A program made the translations under genes and the position numbers. 64,000 nt of DNA from NCBI GenBank assembly GCA_963766175.1, contig CAVXZE010000016.1, positions 219,032 to 283,031 of the forward strand, in the 5' to 3' direction. Positions 27,820 through 36,638 of this stretch are shown here, piece by piece. The stretch is from an uncultured delta proteobacterium. GTDB lineage: Bacteria; Myxococcota_A; UBA9160; UBA6930. How positions within the stretch are numbered: the stretch's first letter is position 1; every line of letters starts with the position of its first letter. The notes under the pieces were generated by a model. That model searched no databases and was not told the origin of the DNA. It saw only the letters and a list, made by a program, of their open reading frames with translations.

Positions 27820-28605
27820 ATGAGCGGTGTTCGCGAGCCGGCGGTGGCCGGCCTCTTCTACCCGGCGGCGGCCGACGAGCTGCGGACGACGATCGAGGAA
27901 TATCTCGCCAAGGCGCCGGCTGCCGGTGGCTCGCCCAAGGCCCTGATCGCACCCCACGCGGGATACGTCTACTCGGGTCCAGTGGCCGCTACCGCCTACG
28001 CCAGCCTCGCCGAGGCGCGGGAGGAGGTGCGGCGGGTCGTCCTCCTCGGCCCTGCTCACCGGATGGCCCTGGCTGGAATGGCGATTTCATCCGCCACGGC
28101 CTTCTCGACACCCCTCGGCGAGGTTCCCGTGGATGCCGAGGCCTTCGAGATCGCCAGGCAGGTTCCGAACGTGCGCGTATTCGACCCTCCCTTCGAAGAC
28201 GAGCACAGCCTGGAGGTGCAGCTTCCCTTCCTCCAGGTGATTCTCGAGAACTTTCGGGTGCTTCCCGTCCTGGTGGGTCAGACCCCCCCGGAATCCGTGG
28301 CCGCTCTGATCGACGCGCTCTGGGGCGGGGACGAGACCCGCATCATCGTGAGTTCGGATCTCAGCCACTACCACGACTACGAGAAGGCCCAGCAGCTGGA
28401 TCAGCACACCGCCGAGCTGGTGGAGACGCTCCAGCTCGAGGAGCTGACCTCGGAGCACGCTTGCGGGTGCCACCCGCTGCGTGGTCTGCTCGAGGTGGCG
28501 CGCGCCAAAGGACTGCTGGTGCACGCCGTCGATCTGCGCAACTCCGGCGACACCGCCGGTCCGCGCAGCCGTGTGGTGGGCTACGGGTCCTTCCTGGTCG
28601 GCTGA
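27820..28605 (+). CDS. MEMO1 / AmmeMemoRadiSam system protein B family
   Basis: The N-terminus REPAVAGLFYPAAADELRTTIEEYL, plus ALIAPHAGYVYSGPVAATAY and SSDLSHYH motifs, fit the family. Confidence 0.85.
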   Translation: MSGVREPAVAGLFYPAAADELRTTIEEYLAKAPAAGGSPKALIAPHAGYVYSGPVAATAYASLAEAREEVRRVVLLGPAHRMALAGMAISSATAFSTPLGEVPVDAEAFEIARQVPNVRVFDPPFEDEHSLEVQLPFLQVILENFRVLPVLVGQTPPESVAALIDALWGGDETRIIVSSDLSHYHDYEKAQQLDQHTAELVETLQLEELTSEHACGCHPLRGLLEVARAKGLLVHAVDLRNSGDTAGPRSRVVGYGSFLVG

Positions 28606-29042
28606 TCCGCGAACCGCTCGAAGCGGTCGCCAAGCTCGCCGGCGAAGCGCGCGAAGCGAGCCACCTCCTCACCTGGGAGATCCGACCAGATCGCCCGGAT
28701 GGCCCGACGTCGATCGTCCCGCAGCTGCTCGATGGCGCGGCGCCCCTCGCCGGTGAGCTCGTAGTGGCGCCGTCGCCCATCCTTATTTGAGATCGCAGCC
28801 CGGATCAGTCCCTTGCCGAGAAGCTGACGGAGGGTCTTGGAGATCGCCGCCGGCGTGCACTCCCTCTCGCGGGCAAAGAGGGAGGGCAGGAAGTGCTCGG
28901 TGGAGATCTCCTCCAGGACTCTCCACTGCTGCACAGTCAGGCCCACGCCCCGGGCGAGCTGAACGCGGCGTCCCTGGAAGAGATCCGCGAGCCGCCCGAG
29001 GCTTCCGATCGCGGTCTCGATCTGCTCGCTCTGACTTTCCAT
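28581..29042 (-). CDS. MarR-family transcriptional regulator
   Basis: 153 aa with a winged-HTH segment (LTVQQWRVLEEI...CTPAAISKTLRQLLGKGLIRAAISNKDGRRRHYELTGEG). It is divergent from a methyltransferase gene. Its 3' end overlaps the MEMO gene by 25 bp. Confidence 0.85.
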   Translation of the reverse strand: MESQSEQIETAIGSLGRLADLFQGRRVQLARGVGLTVQQWRVLEEISTEHFLPSLFARERECTPAAISKTLRQLLGKGLIRAAISNKDGRRRHYELTGEGRRAIEQLRDDRRRAIRAIWSDLPGEEVARFARFAGELGDRFERFADQPTRKDP

Positions 29043-29047
29043 CGCAG

Positions 29048-29073
29048 ATATTATTAACTATAGTTAATAATAT
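29048..29073. promoter_or_regulatory. perfect 26-bp A/T-only palindrome ATATTATTAACTATAGTTAATAATAT (candidate MarR operator / shared promoter)
   Basis: It lies in the 52-bp gap between the divergent marR-like gene (start 29042) and the methyltransferase gene (start 29095). Of its 26 positions, 24 are A/T, in a GC-rich genome. Confidence 0.6.
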
Positions 29074-29094
29074 CGCAAGGCAAGGAGTTGGCGA

Positions 29095-29853
29095 ATGGAC
29101 CTCAAACGATCCGTCGAGAAGCAGTTCGCCGCGGTGGCCGCCAATTACGCCAGCCACCCGGTGATGTCGAGCGGTCCCGAGCTCGGTCGCATGGTGGAGC
29201 TCGGGGTGCGCAGTGGAACCGAGCGCGTCCTCGACCTCGGCTGCGGTGCCGGGCACACGGCTCTCGCCTTTGCGCCGCGCGTGGCAGAGGTGGTCGCGGT
29301 CGATCTCGCCGAGACCATGCTGGTCGAGGGCCGCCGCCTGGCCTCCGAGCGCGGGATCGAAAACGTCGACTTCCGCCTCGGGGACGTCGAGCAGCTCGCC
29401 CTCCCGGATTCGAGCTTCGACGTGGTGACCTCGCGGTTCAGCGCGCACCACTATCCCGCCCCCACCCGGGCGCTGGCCGAGGTGGTGCGGGTGCTCCGCC
29501 CCGGCGGCACCTTTCTGCTGGTGGATTCGGTGGCTCCGGAAGCCCCCGGCTGCGACAGCTTTCTGAATACCATGGAGGTGCTTCGCGATCCTTCCCACGT
29601 GCGGGACCACCGCGTCTCGGAGTGGGAGGCGATGTTCGCGGCCGCCGGACTGAAGGCGGTGGTGCACGAACGCTGGGGGCTCGAGCTCGACTTCGATTCC
29701 TGGGTCGAGCGCATCGGAACCCCCGTCCCGGAGATCGAAATGCTGCGGCGCCTGATGGATCGCTCGCCGGCAGAGGCCCGGGAAGCTCTCGCCATCGGGA
29801 GACCCGGTCCCTACGACTTCTCGATGCCCGTGGCTCTTCTCCAGGGAACCTGA
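29095..29853 (+). CDS. class I SAM-dependent methyltransferase (Methyltransf_11 / UbiE-like)
   Basis: It has the SAM motif VLDLGCGAGHTALAF, then VVTSRFSAHHYP and LRPGGTFLLVD. Confidence 0.85.
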   Translation: MDLKRSVEKQFAAVAANYASHPVMSSGPELGRMVELGVRSGTERVLDLGCGAGHTALAFAPRVAEVVAVDLAETMLVEGRRLASERGIENVDFRLGDVEQLALPDSSFDVVTSRFSAHHYPAPTRALAEVVRVLRPGGTFLLVDSVAPEAPGCDSFLNTMEVLRDPSHVRDHRVSEWEAMFAAAGLKAVVHERWGLELDFDSWVERIGTPVPEIEMLRRLMDRSPAEAREALAIGRPGPYDFSMPVALLQGT

Positions 29854-29857
29854 AGCG

Positions 29858-29909
29858 AGCGGGGACGTTCCTGCGTAACTGCGTTCTTGCGTAGCAGGAA
29901 CGTCCCTGC
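29858..29909. repeat. repeat family A, collapsed second copy
   Basis: agcggggacgttcctgcgtaactgc is identical to 9349-9373, and the next 8 nt carry 1 mismatch. The right end gcaggaacgtccc is retained but the inner right arm is missing. It starts 5 nt after the methyltransferase stop. Confidence 0.8.
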
Positions 29910-29937
29910 GGCGGTACCGCTGAGTTAAGCTGCGCCA

Positions 29938-31278
29938 ATGGATCAGAACGCGCGGGAGCACTGGTCGAGCCAGCTGGGCTTCACCCTCGCCGCCGTCGGC
30001 TCTGCGGTGGGTCTCGGCAACATGTGGCGGTTCTCGTACATGACCGCCGAGAACGGCGGCGCCGCCTTCGTGGTGCTCTACGTGGCGATGACCCTCTTCA
30101 TCGGGCTCCCGGTGATGCTGGCCGAGCTCACCGTGGGGCGCAGCTCGCGCAGGAGCCCCATCCAGGCGCTGGTGTACTTCGGTGGGCCGTCCTGGAAGCC
30201 CTTGGGCGCGCTCTTCGTCACCGCCGGCGTGGTGATCCTCGGCTACTACAGCGTGATTGCCGGTTGGACGGTTCGCTACGCCTTCGAGGGCCTCGCCGGC
30301 GGATTCGCCCCGGACTCGGCCGCGCATTTCGATGCCATCGCGACGGGCACACCGGCGGTGCTCTGGCACCTCGGCTTCATGGCGGTGACGGCGCTGGTGG
30401 TCTCCCGGGGGATCCGCTCCGGGATCGAGCGTGTCTCACTGATCCTGATGCCGCTGCTCGCGGTGCTGGTGATCGGACTGGCGATCTATGCCGCCACCCT
30501 CGATGGTGCGACGGCGGGCTACGCCTACTACCTCCAGACCGACTTCCAGGAGATCCTCTCCTTCGACGTGCTGAAGGACGCCGCCTCACAGGCCTTCTTC
30601 AGCTTGAGCCTCGGCATGGGCGCGATTCTCACCTACGCCAGCTACCTCTCCCGTGAGCACCACCTGCCGGACGAGTCGTTGATGATCGCCGTCTCGGACT
30701 TCGGTGTGGCGTTCGTAGCGGGGCTGGTGGTCTTTCCGCTGCTCTTCGCTCTCGGGCTGGAGGCAGATGTCGTTGCGAGCACCGTCGGCGCGCTCTTCAT
30801 CACGCTTCCCAAGGCTTTCGCCAGCATGGGGCCGGCCGGTCAGGTGATCGGAGTGCTCTTCTTCCTCGCCCTGGTCGTGGGCGCACTTACCTCGGCGATC
30901 TCGCTCCTGGAGGTGGTGGTCGCCTCGGTGATCGACGGAATTGGCTGGGCCCGCACCCGGGCGGCCTGGCTCTCCGCGGCCGCGATCGCGCTGCTGGGCA
31001 TTCCCTCCGCGCTCTCTCAGGACGTTCTCGGCCTGATGGACCAGATCGGGGCCAACGTCTTCCTGCCGCTCGGTGCTCTGCTCCTCTCCCTGATGGTCGG
31101 GTGGGGCCGGAGGGACGCAGTCGCGGAAGTGAGCGTGGGAGCGGAGGGGGTTCGCTGGTTCTTTCTGTGGCGGGGCCTGCTCCGCTTCGTCGTTCCAGCA
31201 GTGCTCGCCGTGGTCCTCGTCCTGGCCCTCGGCGACACCTGGAATGCGATCGCGGGGCTGTTCGCCTCTCCGGGCTAG
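29938..31278 (+). CDS. sodium-dependent transporter, NSS (SNF) family
   Basis: WSSQLGFTLAAVGSAVGLGNMWRFSYMTAENGGAAFV is the signature NSS N-terminus. The protein has about 11-12 TM helices. Confidence 0.9.
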   Translation: MDQNAREHWSSQLGFTLAAVGSAVGLGNMWRFSYMTAENGGAAFVVLYVAMTLFIGLPVMLAELTVGRSSRRSPIQALVYFGGPSWKPLGALFVTAGVVILGYYSVIAGWTVRYAFEGLAGGFAPDSAAHFDAIATGTPAVLWHLGFMAVTALVVSRGIRSGIERVSLILMPLLAVLVIGLAIYAATLDGATAGYAYYLQTDFQEILSFDVLKDAASQAFFSLSLGMGAILTYASYLSREHHLPDESLMIAVSDFGVAFVAGLVVFPLLFALGLEADVVASTVGALFITLPKAFASMGPAGQVIGVLFFLALVVGALTSAISLLEVVVASVIDGIGWARTRAAWLSAAAIALLGIPSALSQDVLGLMDQIGANVFLPLGALLLSLMVGWGRRDAVAEVSVGAEGVRWFFLWRGLLRFVVPAVLAVVLVLALGDTWNAIAGLFASPG

Positions 31279-33662
31279 CCGATCAGGCCCGAGAGGCGGG
31301 CATGAACCAGGGCCTGCACGGCGTCCACGCGCCGGATCGCCTCGCGCAGCTGGCCGGCGAATGCGCGGCGCCTCGCCTTGAGCTCCTCTCCGCCCGGCTT
31401 CGTGAGCCCGCGGTTCCTCGCCAGCTTGAGTGCGGTCGCGAACAGCACCTTCGAGACCGACTCGGCGCTCTTGATGTGACGTTGCAGGGTGTACTGCTTC
31501 CCGAGCGCCAGGCAATCGTTCAGGAAGCTGGCTTCGTCGAGGGGCTCGGCGGGGTCTCGCCTCTCCAAGGCATCGCCCACCACCCGGTAGGCTTCGAGGA
31601 AGGGCCGAAGGATGCGATGCGCGCTGAAAGGTCGGATCCGAGGCAGCAGGCCGGCGATCGCGTCCGCACCGGCCTCGAGTCGTTCCTCCCACTTGGGATC
31701 GTGGAGGGAGAGCTCCTGGCGAATTTCCGCCAGGAAGCTCTCCTTCTCCGCGAAGAAGAACTCGAACTTGAGGAGATCCCGCAGTCGCAGCGCCTCCTCC
31801 CAGAACTCGGTGGCGCGATCGGCTACGTCCTGCTCGGTGGCACGCAGCAGGGCGAGCTCGGCGATGGCGCCGTTCACGAAGTAGTGGATCACCGTGTTGC
31901 GGTAGTAGGCGGCTGACAGGTGCTGATCCGGCGAGATCGCGTACACCGCCTCGGGACCCTCGTCGTAGCGGGTGAGCACGCCGTTGTCCACCAGCTGGTC
32001 GAGGGTGCGCCGCACACCGTCGGCGGTGTCGAGGTCGATCTCCTGGGTGGTGGTGAGGTGGCGTTTGCGCACGTAGCCCACCAGGTTCCGCAGCGCGTCG
32101 ATCATCTCCTCGACGCTCAGCGCCCGGTCGCCCCGGCCCAGCATGGCGAGCGTCACCAGGGAGATCGGCGTGATGGGCGTGGCCCGGTTGATGCGAACGC
32201 ACACCTCGAAGGCGAGCTTCTGGAGCGAGAGACTCTCCTCGTCGGCGTTGGGCTCGGCCTCGGGATCGGGCGGGCCGATGGCCTTGCTGAGCGAAACCGG
32301 CTCGCCGAAGCGGATATGGATGTCGCCGTAGCGCCTGCGGAGCCGGCGCAGGATGCGCAGGAACCAGCCGAAGCTCTCGGCCTGCTTGGCCGCGCCACGC
32401 TGCTCCGCGGTGTAGTCGCCGACGTCGGAGATCTGATCGTAGGCAATCGAAACCGGGATCAGGTAGACATCCTCGCTCTTGCCGCGCCGGTAGGCGTCGA
32501 CCACGTAGGCCAGCAGCCCGAAGTGCGGTGGGAGAAGCTTTCCAGGGCGGGAGCGGCCGCCCTCGAGGTACCACTCCAGCGAGAAGCGTTTCTCGATCAG
32601 GTAGTCGATGTAGTGGTGGAGGACGAACTTGTAGACCGCGTTGTCCTTGAAGCTGCGCCGGATGAAGAAGACCCCGCTGCGCCGCACCAGCGGGCCGAGC
32701 GGGAAGAAGTTCATGTTGATTCCGCCGGCGGTGTGGGTGGGCGGCAATCCGTTCTCGTGGAGCATGGATTGGAGCACCGCGTGGTCGAGATTGGACTTGT
32801 GGGTGGGCAGGAAGCAGACCGGGTGCTGCTGGGCGAGGGCGCTCAGCTCCTCGAGCTCCTCGCGGTTGTACTGGAGCACGTCGCCGTAGCCGCGTGAGTA
32901 CATCAGGCGCCAGAGTTGCACCACCAGGTCGATCACGAAGGGGCTCTGGCTGGCGGCGATCTCCCGCAGGTAACGCGCCGCCTCCTTGGCGACTCGGGAC
33001 TCCTTGCGTCCGAGCCGCCGGGCGAGCCGGGTCACACCGCCCCGAAAGGCCGGGCGGGAGAGGATGTCCTCGTCGACGAAGCGGGCCACCTTGTAGCGGT
33101 TGCCGCGTAGCTGCCGCTCCCCCCGTTCCAGAGCCAGCACCGCCTGTCGGGCCACGAACTCGGCGATCCCCACCGTGTCGCCGACATCGGAGCCGACGGC
33201 CTTTCGCCAGCGATCCCGGAGCTCGGAGGCGGGTGCGGGCTCGCCGGCCACGATGCGGCAGCGGTCCGGCGCGGTGTGCAGCAGCCAGCGCGCGCGGAGC
33301 GAATCCGGGTCCCGCGGATCCCCGAGCTTGAGGACGTCCGAGAGACGGGCCGAACGCTTGCCCTGCCACTCCCTGGCCAGCCACACCACCCGCAGAGGCG
33401 CCAGGATCGGGTCTTCTCCGGCGGCGAGTGCGGCCTCGAGCTTCGGGTCGGGACTTCGACGGCGGCGACGGCGGGAGGAGGGGATTCTGAAGATCTCGAC
33501 CTCAGCCTTGTCGGCGCGCTCGGGCAGGTTTCGCTCTACCCAGGCTCGAAGCAGGCGTTCCTCGAGACCGCTCGCCGCATCGAGGAGGAAGAGGGTTCTC
33601 TCCCCGCCCAGGCTCGGCCAGCAGGGCTCGTCGATTCGAGGTGTCTGGATCGCGGAAGTCAT
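31275..33662 (-). CDS. plsB: glycerol-3-phosphate 1-O-acyltransferase
   Basis: 795 aa with the acyltransferase motif PTHKSNLDHAVL (HX4D). Its length and architecture fit PlsB. Confidence 0.85.
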   Translation of the reverse strand: MTSAIQTPRIDEPCWPSLGGERTLFLLDAASGLEERLLRAWVERNLPERADKAEVEIFRIPSSRRRRRRSPDPKLEAALAAGEDPILAPLRVVWLAREWQGKRSARLSDVLKLGDPRDPDSLRARWLLHTAPDRCRIVAGEPAPASELRDRWRKAVGSDVGDTVGIAEFVARQAVLALERGERQLRGNRYKVARFVDEDILSRPAFRGGVTRLARRLGRKESRVAKEAARYLREIAASQSPFVIDLVVQLWRLMYSRGYGDVLQYNREELEELSALAQQHPVCFLPTHKSNLDHAVLQSMLHENGLPPTHTAGGINMNFFPLGPLVRRSGVFFIRRSFKDNAVYKFVLHHYIDYLIEKRFSLEWYLEGGRSRPGKLLPPHFGLLAYVVDAYRRGKSEDVYLIPVSIAYDQISDVGDYTAEQRGAAKQAESFGWFLRILRRLRRRYGDIHIRFGEPVSLSKAIGPPDPEAEPNADEESLSLQKLAFEVCVRINRATPITPISLVTLAMLGRGDRALSVEEMIDALRNLVGYVRKRHLTTTQEIDLDTADGVRRTLDQLVDNGVLTRYDEGPEAVYAISPDQHLSAAYYRNTVIHYFVNGAIAELALLRATEQDVADRATEFWEEALRLRDLLKFEFFFAEKESFLAEIRQELSLHDPKWEERLEAGADAIAGLLPRIRPFSAHRILRPFLEAYRVVGDALERRDPAEPLDEASFLNDCLALGKQYTLQRHIKSAESVSKVLFATALKLARNRGLTKPGGEELKARRRAFAGQLREAIRRVDAVQALVHARLSGLIG

Positions 33663-33806
33663 CCGTCAAGGATTGTATCCCAGTGGGAGGCGTCTCGTGA
33701 CGGGATTCGCCGGCTGCGTCACGGTGACAGGCCCTCCCGGCACCGCTTCGACGCGCTGCGTCTTGCTGCGCGTCAGAACACGCGTGCGCGGCGGTGGTAG
33801 GGCCCT

Positions 33807-35129
33807 TCAGCGCGTCTCGGCCGGGCTCTCCATGCTCAAGAAGTCCACCGCCAGGTTTGCCATGGCGCGGACTCCCAGAACCAGGGCGTTCTCGTCCACC
33901 CGGAAGAGCGGGGAGTGATTCGGCGCGGCCTCCCGCTCGGCGACGTCCGGGGAGCGCGCTCCCAGCCAGAAATACAGGCCCGGCGCCTTCTGGCTCAGAA
34001 AGGAGAAGTCCTCGGCGCCGGTGCGGGGGAGCCCCCTCAGCAGCCGGTCCGACCCGGCGACGCGCCGGAGTGTCGGCTCCATGCGCGCGGTCAGCTGCGG
34101 GTCGTTGTAGGTGACGGGATAGCCGATGGCGATTGCCACCTCGGCGCTGGCGCCGGCGCTCTCGGCGATCTTGGTCGCCGTGGTTCGGATGCGCTGGTGG
34201 AGGTCCGGCTGCATCGACGGCTCCAGAGTGCGAATGGTTCCGAGAAGCTCGACCTCCTCGGGAATAATGTTGTGGCGCACGCCCCCGTGGATGGCGCCGA
34301 TGGAGACCACCGAGGGGAGCCGCGCGTCCATCTGCCGGCCCGGCAAGGCCTGCAGCGCCAGCACGATGCGCGAGGCCACCGCGATCGGATCGACCCCCAG
34401 CCAGGGGTAGGCGGCGTGGGTCTGCTTGCCCCGCACCAGGATCTCGAGCTTGTCCGAGCCGGCCATGGCGCCGCCCGACCGATAGGCGATCTCGCCAGCC
34501 CGGTACTGGGGGACGACGTGGAGACCGAAGATTGCCTCGGGCTTCGGGTCCTCGAGAGCGCCCTCCTCGATCATCAGACGCGCGCCTCCCTTCTCCCCGG
34601 GTGGCGCCCCCTCCTCGGCGGGCTGGAAGAGGAAGAGCACGCTTCCGGGAATCCGCTCCCGCACGCCAGTCAACACCTCGGCGACGCCCAGGAGGATCGC
34701 GGTGTGGGCGTCGTGACCGCAGGCGTGCATCACCCCGACCTCGCGGTCGAGATAGGTGGTGCGTACCTTCGAGGCGAAGGGCAGGTCCACCTCCTCGGTG
34801 ACCGGCAGCGCGTCCATGTCGGCGCGCAGCGCCACCACGCCGCCGGGGAGTCCTCCCCGCAGCAGACCCACCACGCCGGTGTGGGCGATCTCTCTCCGGA
34901 CCTCGATGCCCAGTGCTTCGAGGTGATCCGCCACCAGCTTGGCGGTCAGGAACTCGCGGTTCGAGAGCTCCGGATGCTGGTGGAGGTCGCGGCGCCACGC
35001 GATCACCGCCGGCTCGACCTTCGCCGCCAGGCGGTCGATCTCGGTCTCGAGCCCCTCGGCGTTGGCCGCGCGCGAGATCGGCGCGGTGGCGAGGATCGAT
35101 GCGAGCAGTGCGAGGGCGAGCTTTCTCAC
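33807..35129 (-). CDS. M20D-family amidohydrolase (N-acyl-amino acid amidohydrolase / hippuricase-like), secreted
   Basis: It has a signal peptide. WRRDLHQHPELSNRE, MHACGHDAH and FQPAEEG motifs are present. Confidence 0.85.
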   Translation of the reverse strand: MRKLALALLASILATAPISRAANAEGLETEIDRLAAKVEPAVIAWRRDLHQHPELSNREFLTAKLVADHLEALGIEVRREIAHTGVVGLLRGGLPGGVVALRADMDALPVTEEVDLPFASKVRTTYLDREVGVMHACGHDAHTAILLGVAEVLTGVRERIPGSVLFLFQPAEEGAPPGEKGGARLMIEEGALEDPKPEAIFGLHVVPQYRAGEIAYRSGGAMAGSDKLEILVRGKQTHAAYPWLGVDPIAVASRIVLALQALPGRQMDARLPSVVSIGAIHGGVRHNIIPEEVELLGTIRTLEPSMQPDLHQRIRTTATKIAESAGASAEVAIAIGYPVTYNDPQLTARMEPTLRRVAGSDRLLRGLPRTGAEDFSFLSQKAPGLYFWLGARSPDVAEREAAPNHSPLFRVDENALVLGVRAMANLAVDFLSMESPAETR

Positions 35130-35212
35130 GGTGGACTCCCTGCGGCGGCCTCCGGTCCGGGGGGGTATGCTGGCCGTCCGCGCCTTCGCGCCGACCCCCG
35201 GAGGTTTCCGCC

Positions 35213-36622
35213 ATGTTCGAACAACCGCGCTGGCCGCGCGAGGCCTGGCTGCCGATTTGCACCGGTCTGCTGTGGCTCTGGTGCGCGGCGAGCTTCGGCA
35301 TCGTGGGATTCCTGTTCTCGCTGCTCCCGGGCTGTCTGCTCCTGGCCTCCGGCTTCTCCACGCTGATCTATCCGGGGGATCGCCGGATTCCCCAGTACAC
35401 CGCTCTCGGCGGGCTGTTGGGCATCCCCCTGGCGGTCCCCGCGATCTTCGTGGCCGGCCCGCTGATCGGACTCAGCCTCATCCTGCTCTCCGCCGCATCC
35501 CTGGTGGCGGCCGGCGCCATCGCGATCCGTCAGGAGAGGCACCCGCAGGAGGTGCCGATGCCGGCGACGGGACTGGCGCTCTCGGCCCAGGTCGCGGTGG
35601 ACGAGGCGCTGCTCGCCACCGTCTCGCTCGCCCAGCCGATGCCGCTCGCCGGAGATCACGGCCGGGTTCGCAGCGAGGTGCGCGAGGCTCGCCAGTTCTT
35701 CGATGATCGCGGCTGGATCGAGAAGCCCGCCGACTACCACCGCACCCCGCCTGTGCTCACCGACCCGCTCCTGCGCCCGGCGCGCAGCCGGAAGCTCGAA
35801 TACGAGCGGCTCAGCTTTCCGAGTGAGTACGAGCCCCATCCGGAGGAGCCCGGACGAGATCGCTGGCTCTCCTACCTGCCGAACCGCACCGCCCACGCCT
35901 GGGTGCTGCGCCACGAATCGGCCTCCCGGCCCTGGCTGGTCTGCATTCACGGCTACCAGATGGGGACGCCACTCTGGGACCTCGCCGCCTTCCGCGCCGG
36001 GCACCTTCACCACCGCCTGGGACTCAACCTGGTCCTCCCGGTTCTCCCGCTTCACGGTCCGCGCAAGATCGGTCGCGTGAGTGGCGATGGCTACCTGGTC
36101 GCCGACTTTCTCGACACGATTCACGCCGAGGCCCAGGCGATGTGGGACATCCGCCGCATCCTCTCCTGGGTCCGCGGGCAGGGGGGGAGCCGGATCGGAG
36201 TCCACGGCCTCTCCCTCGGTGGCTACAACACCGCGCTGCTGGCCAGTCTCGATGGCGACCTGGCCTGCGCGATTCCCGGGATCCCCGCCACCGACTTCTC
36301 CAGGCTGGTATGGCGCCACGGACCCCGGCTGCAGATCCGCTACGCCGAGGACCAGGGGCTGCTCCGAGACGAAGTGACCGAGACGACGCGGGTCATCTCA
36401 CCCCTCGTGCTCGAGCCGAAGGTGCCGAAGGAGCATCGCTACATCTTCGGCGGTGTGGCCGATCAACTGGTTCCGCCGGATCAGGTGCGGGACCTCTGGC
36501 GCCACTGGGACCGCCCGCGCATCGCCTGGTATCAGGGCGGACACGTGAGCTTCCGGCTTCATCAGCAGGTGAGCCAGATCCTCGACGACGCCTTGCGGGA
36601 GTGCGGGCTGGTCGCTGCCTGA
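35213..36622 (+). CDS. membrane-anchored alpha/beta hydrolase (ABHD18/Abhydrolase_9-like)
   Basis: The N-terminal ~100 aa contain 3-4 TM helices. A hydrolase domain follows with GVHGLSLGG (GxSxG). I chose ATG 35213 because the upstream ORF part is antisense to the M20 gene. Confidence 0.7.
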   Translation: MFEQPRWPREAWLPICTGLLWLWCAASFGIVGFLFSLLPGCLLLASGFSTLIYPGDRRIPQYTALGGLLGIPLAVPAIFVAGPLIGLSLILLSAASLVAAGAIAIRQERHPQEVPMPATGLALSAQVAVDEALLATVSLAQPMPLAGDHGRVRSEVREARQFFDDRGWIEKPADYHRTPPVLTDPLLRPARSRKLEYERLSFPSEYEPHPEEPGRDRWLSYLPNRTAHAWVLRHESASRPWLVCIHGYQMGTPLWDLAAFRAGHLHHRLGLNLVLPVLPLHGPRKIGRVSGDGYLVADFLDTIHAEAQAMWDIRRILSWVRGQGGSRIGVHGLSLGGYNTALLASLDGDLACAIPGIPATDFSRLVWRHGPRLQIRYAEDQGLLRDEVTETTRVISPLVLEPKVPKEHRYIFGGVADQLVPPDQVRDLWRHWDRPRIAWYQGGHVSFRLHQQVSQILDDALRECGLVAA

Positions 36623-36638
36623 GCCCAGGGATCGAAGT

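Noticed and set aside
30586-33384. A 932-aa minus-strand ORF overlapping plsB and the NSS gene
   Set aside because: It is an alternative frame of plsB. The translation is Arg/Pro/Gly-rich junk, whereas the plsB frame carries the HX4D acyltransferase motif.
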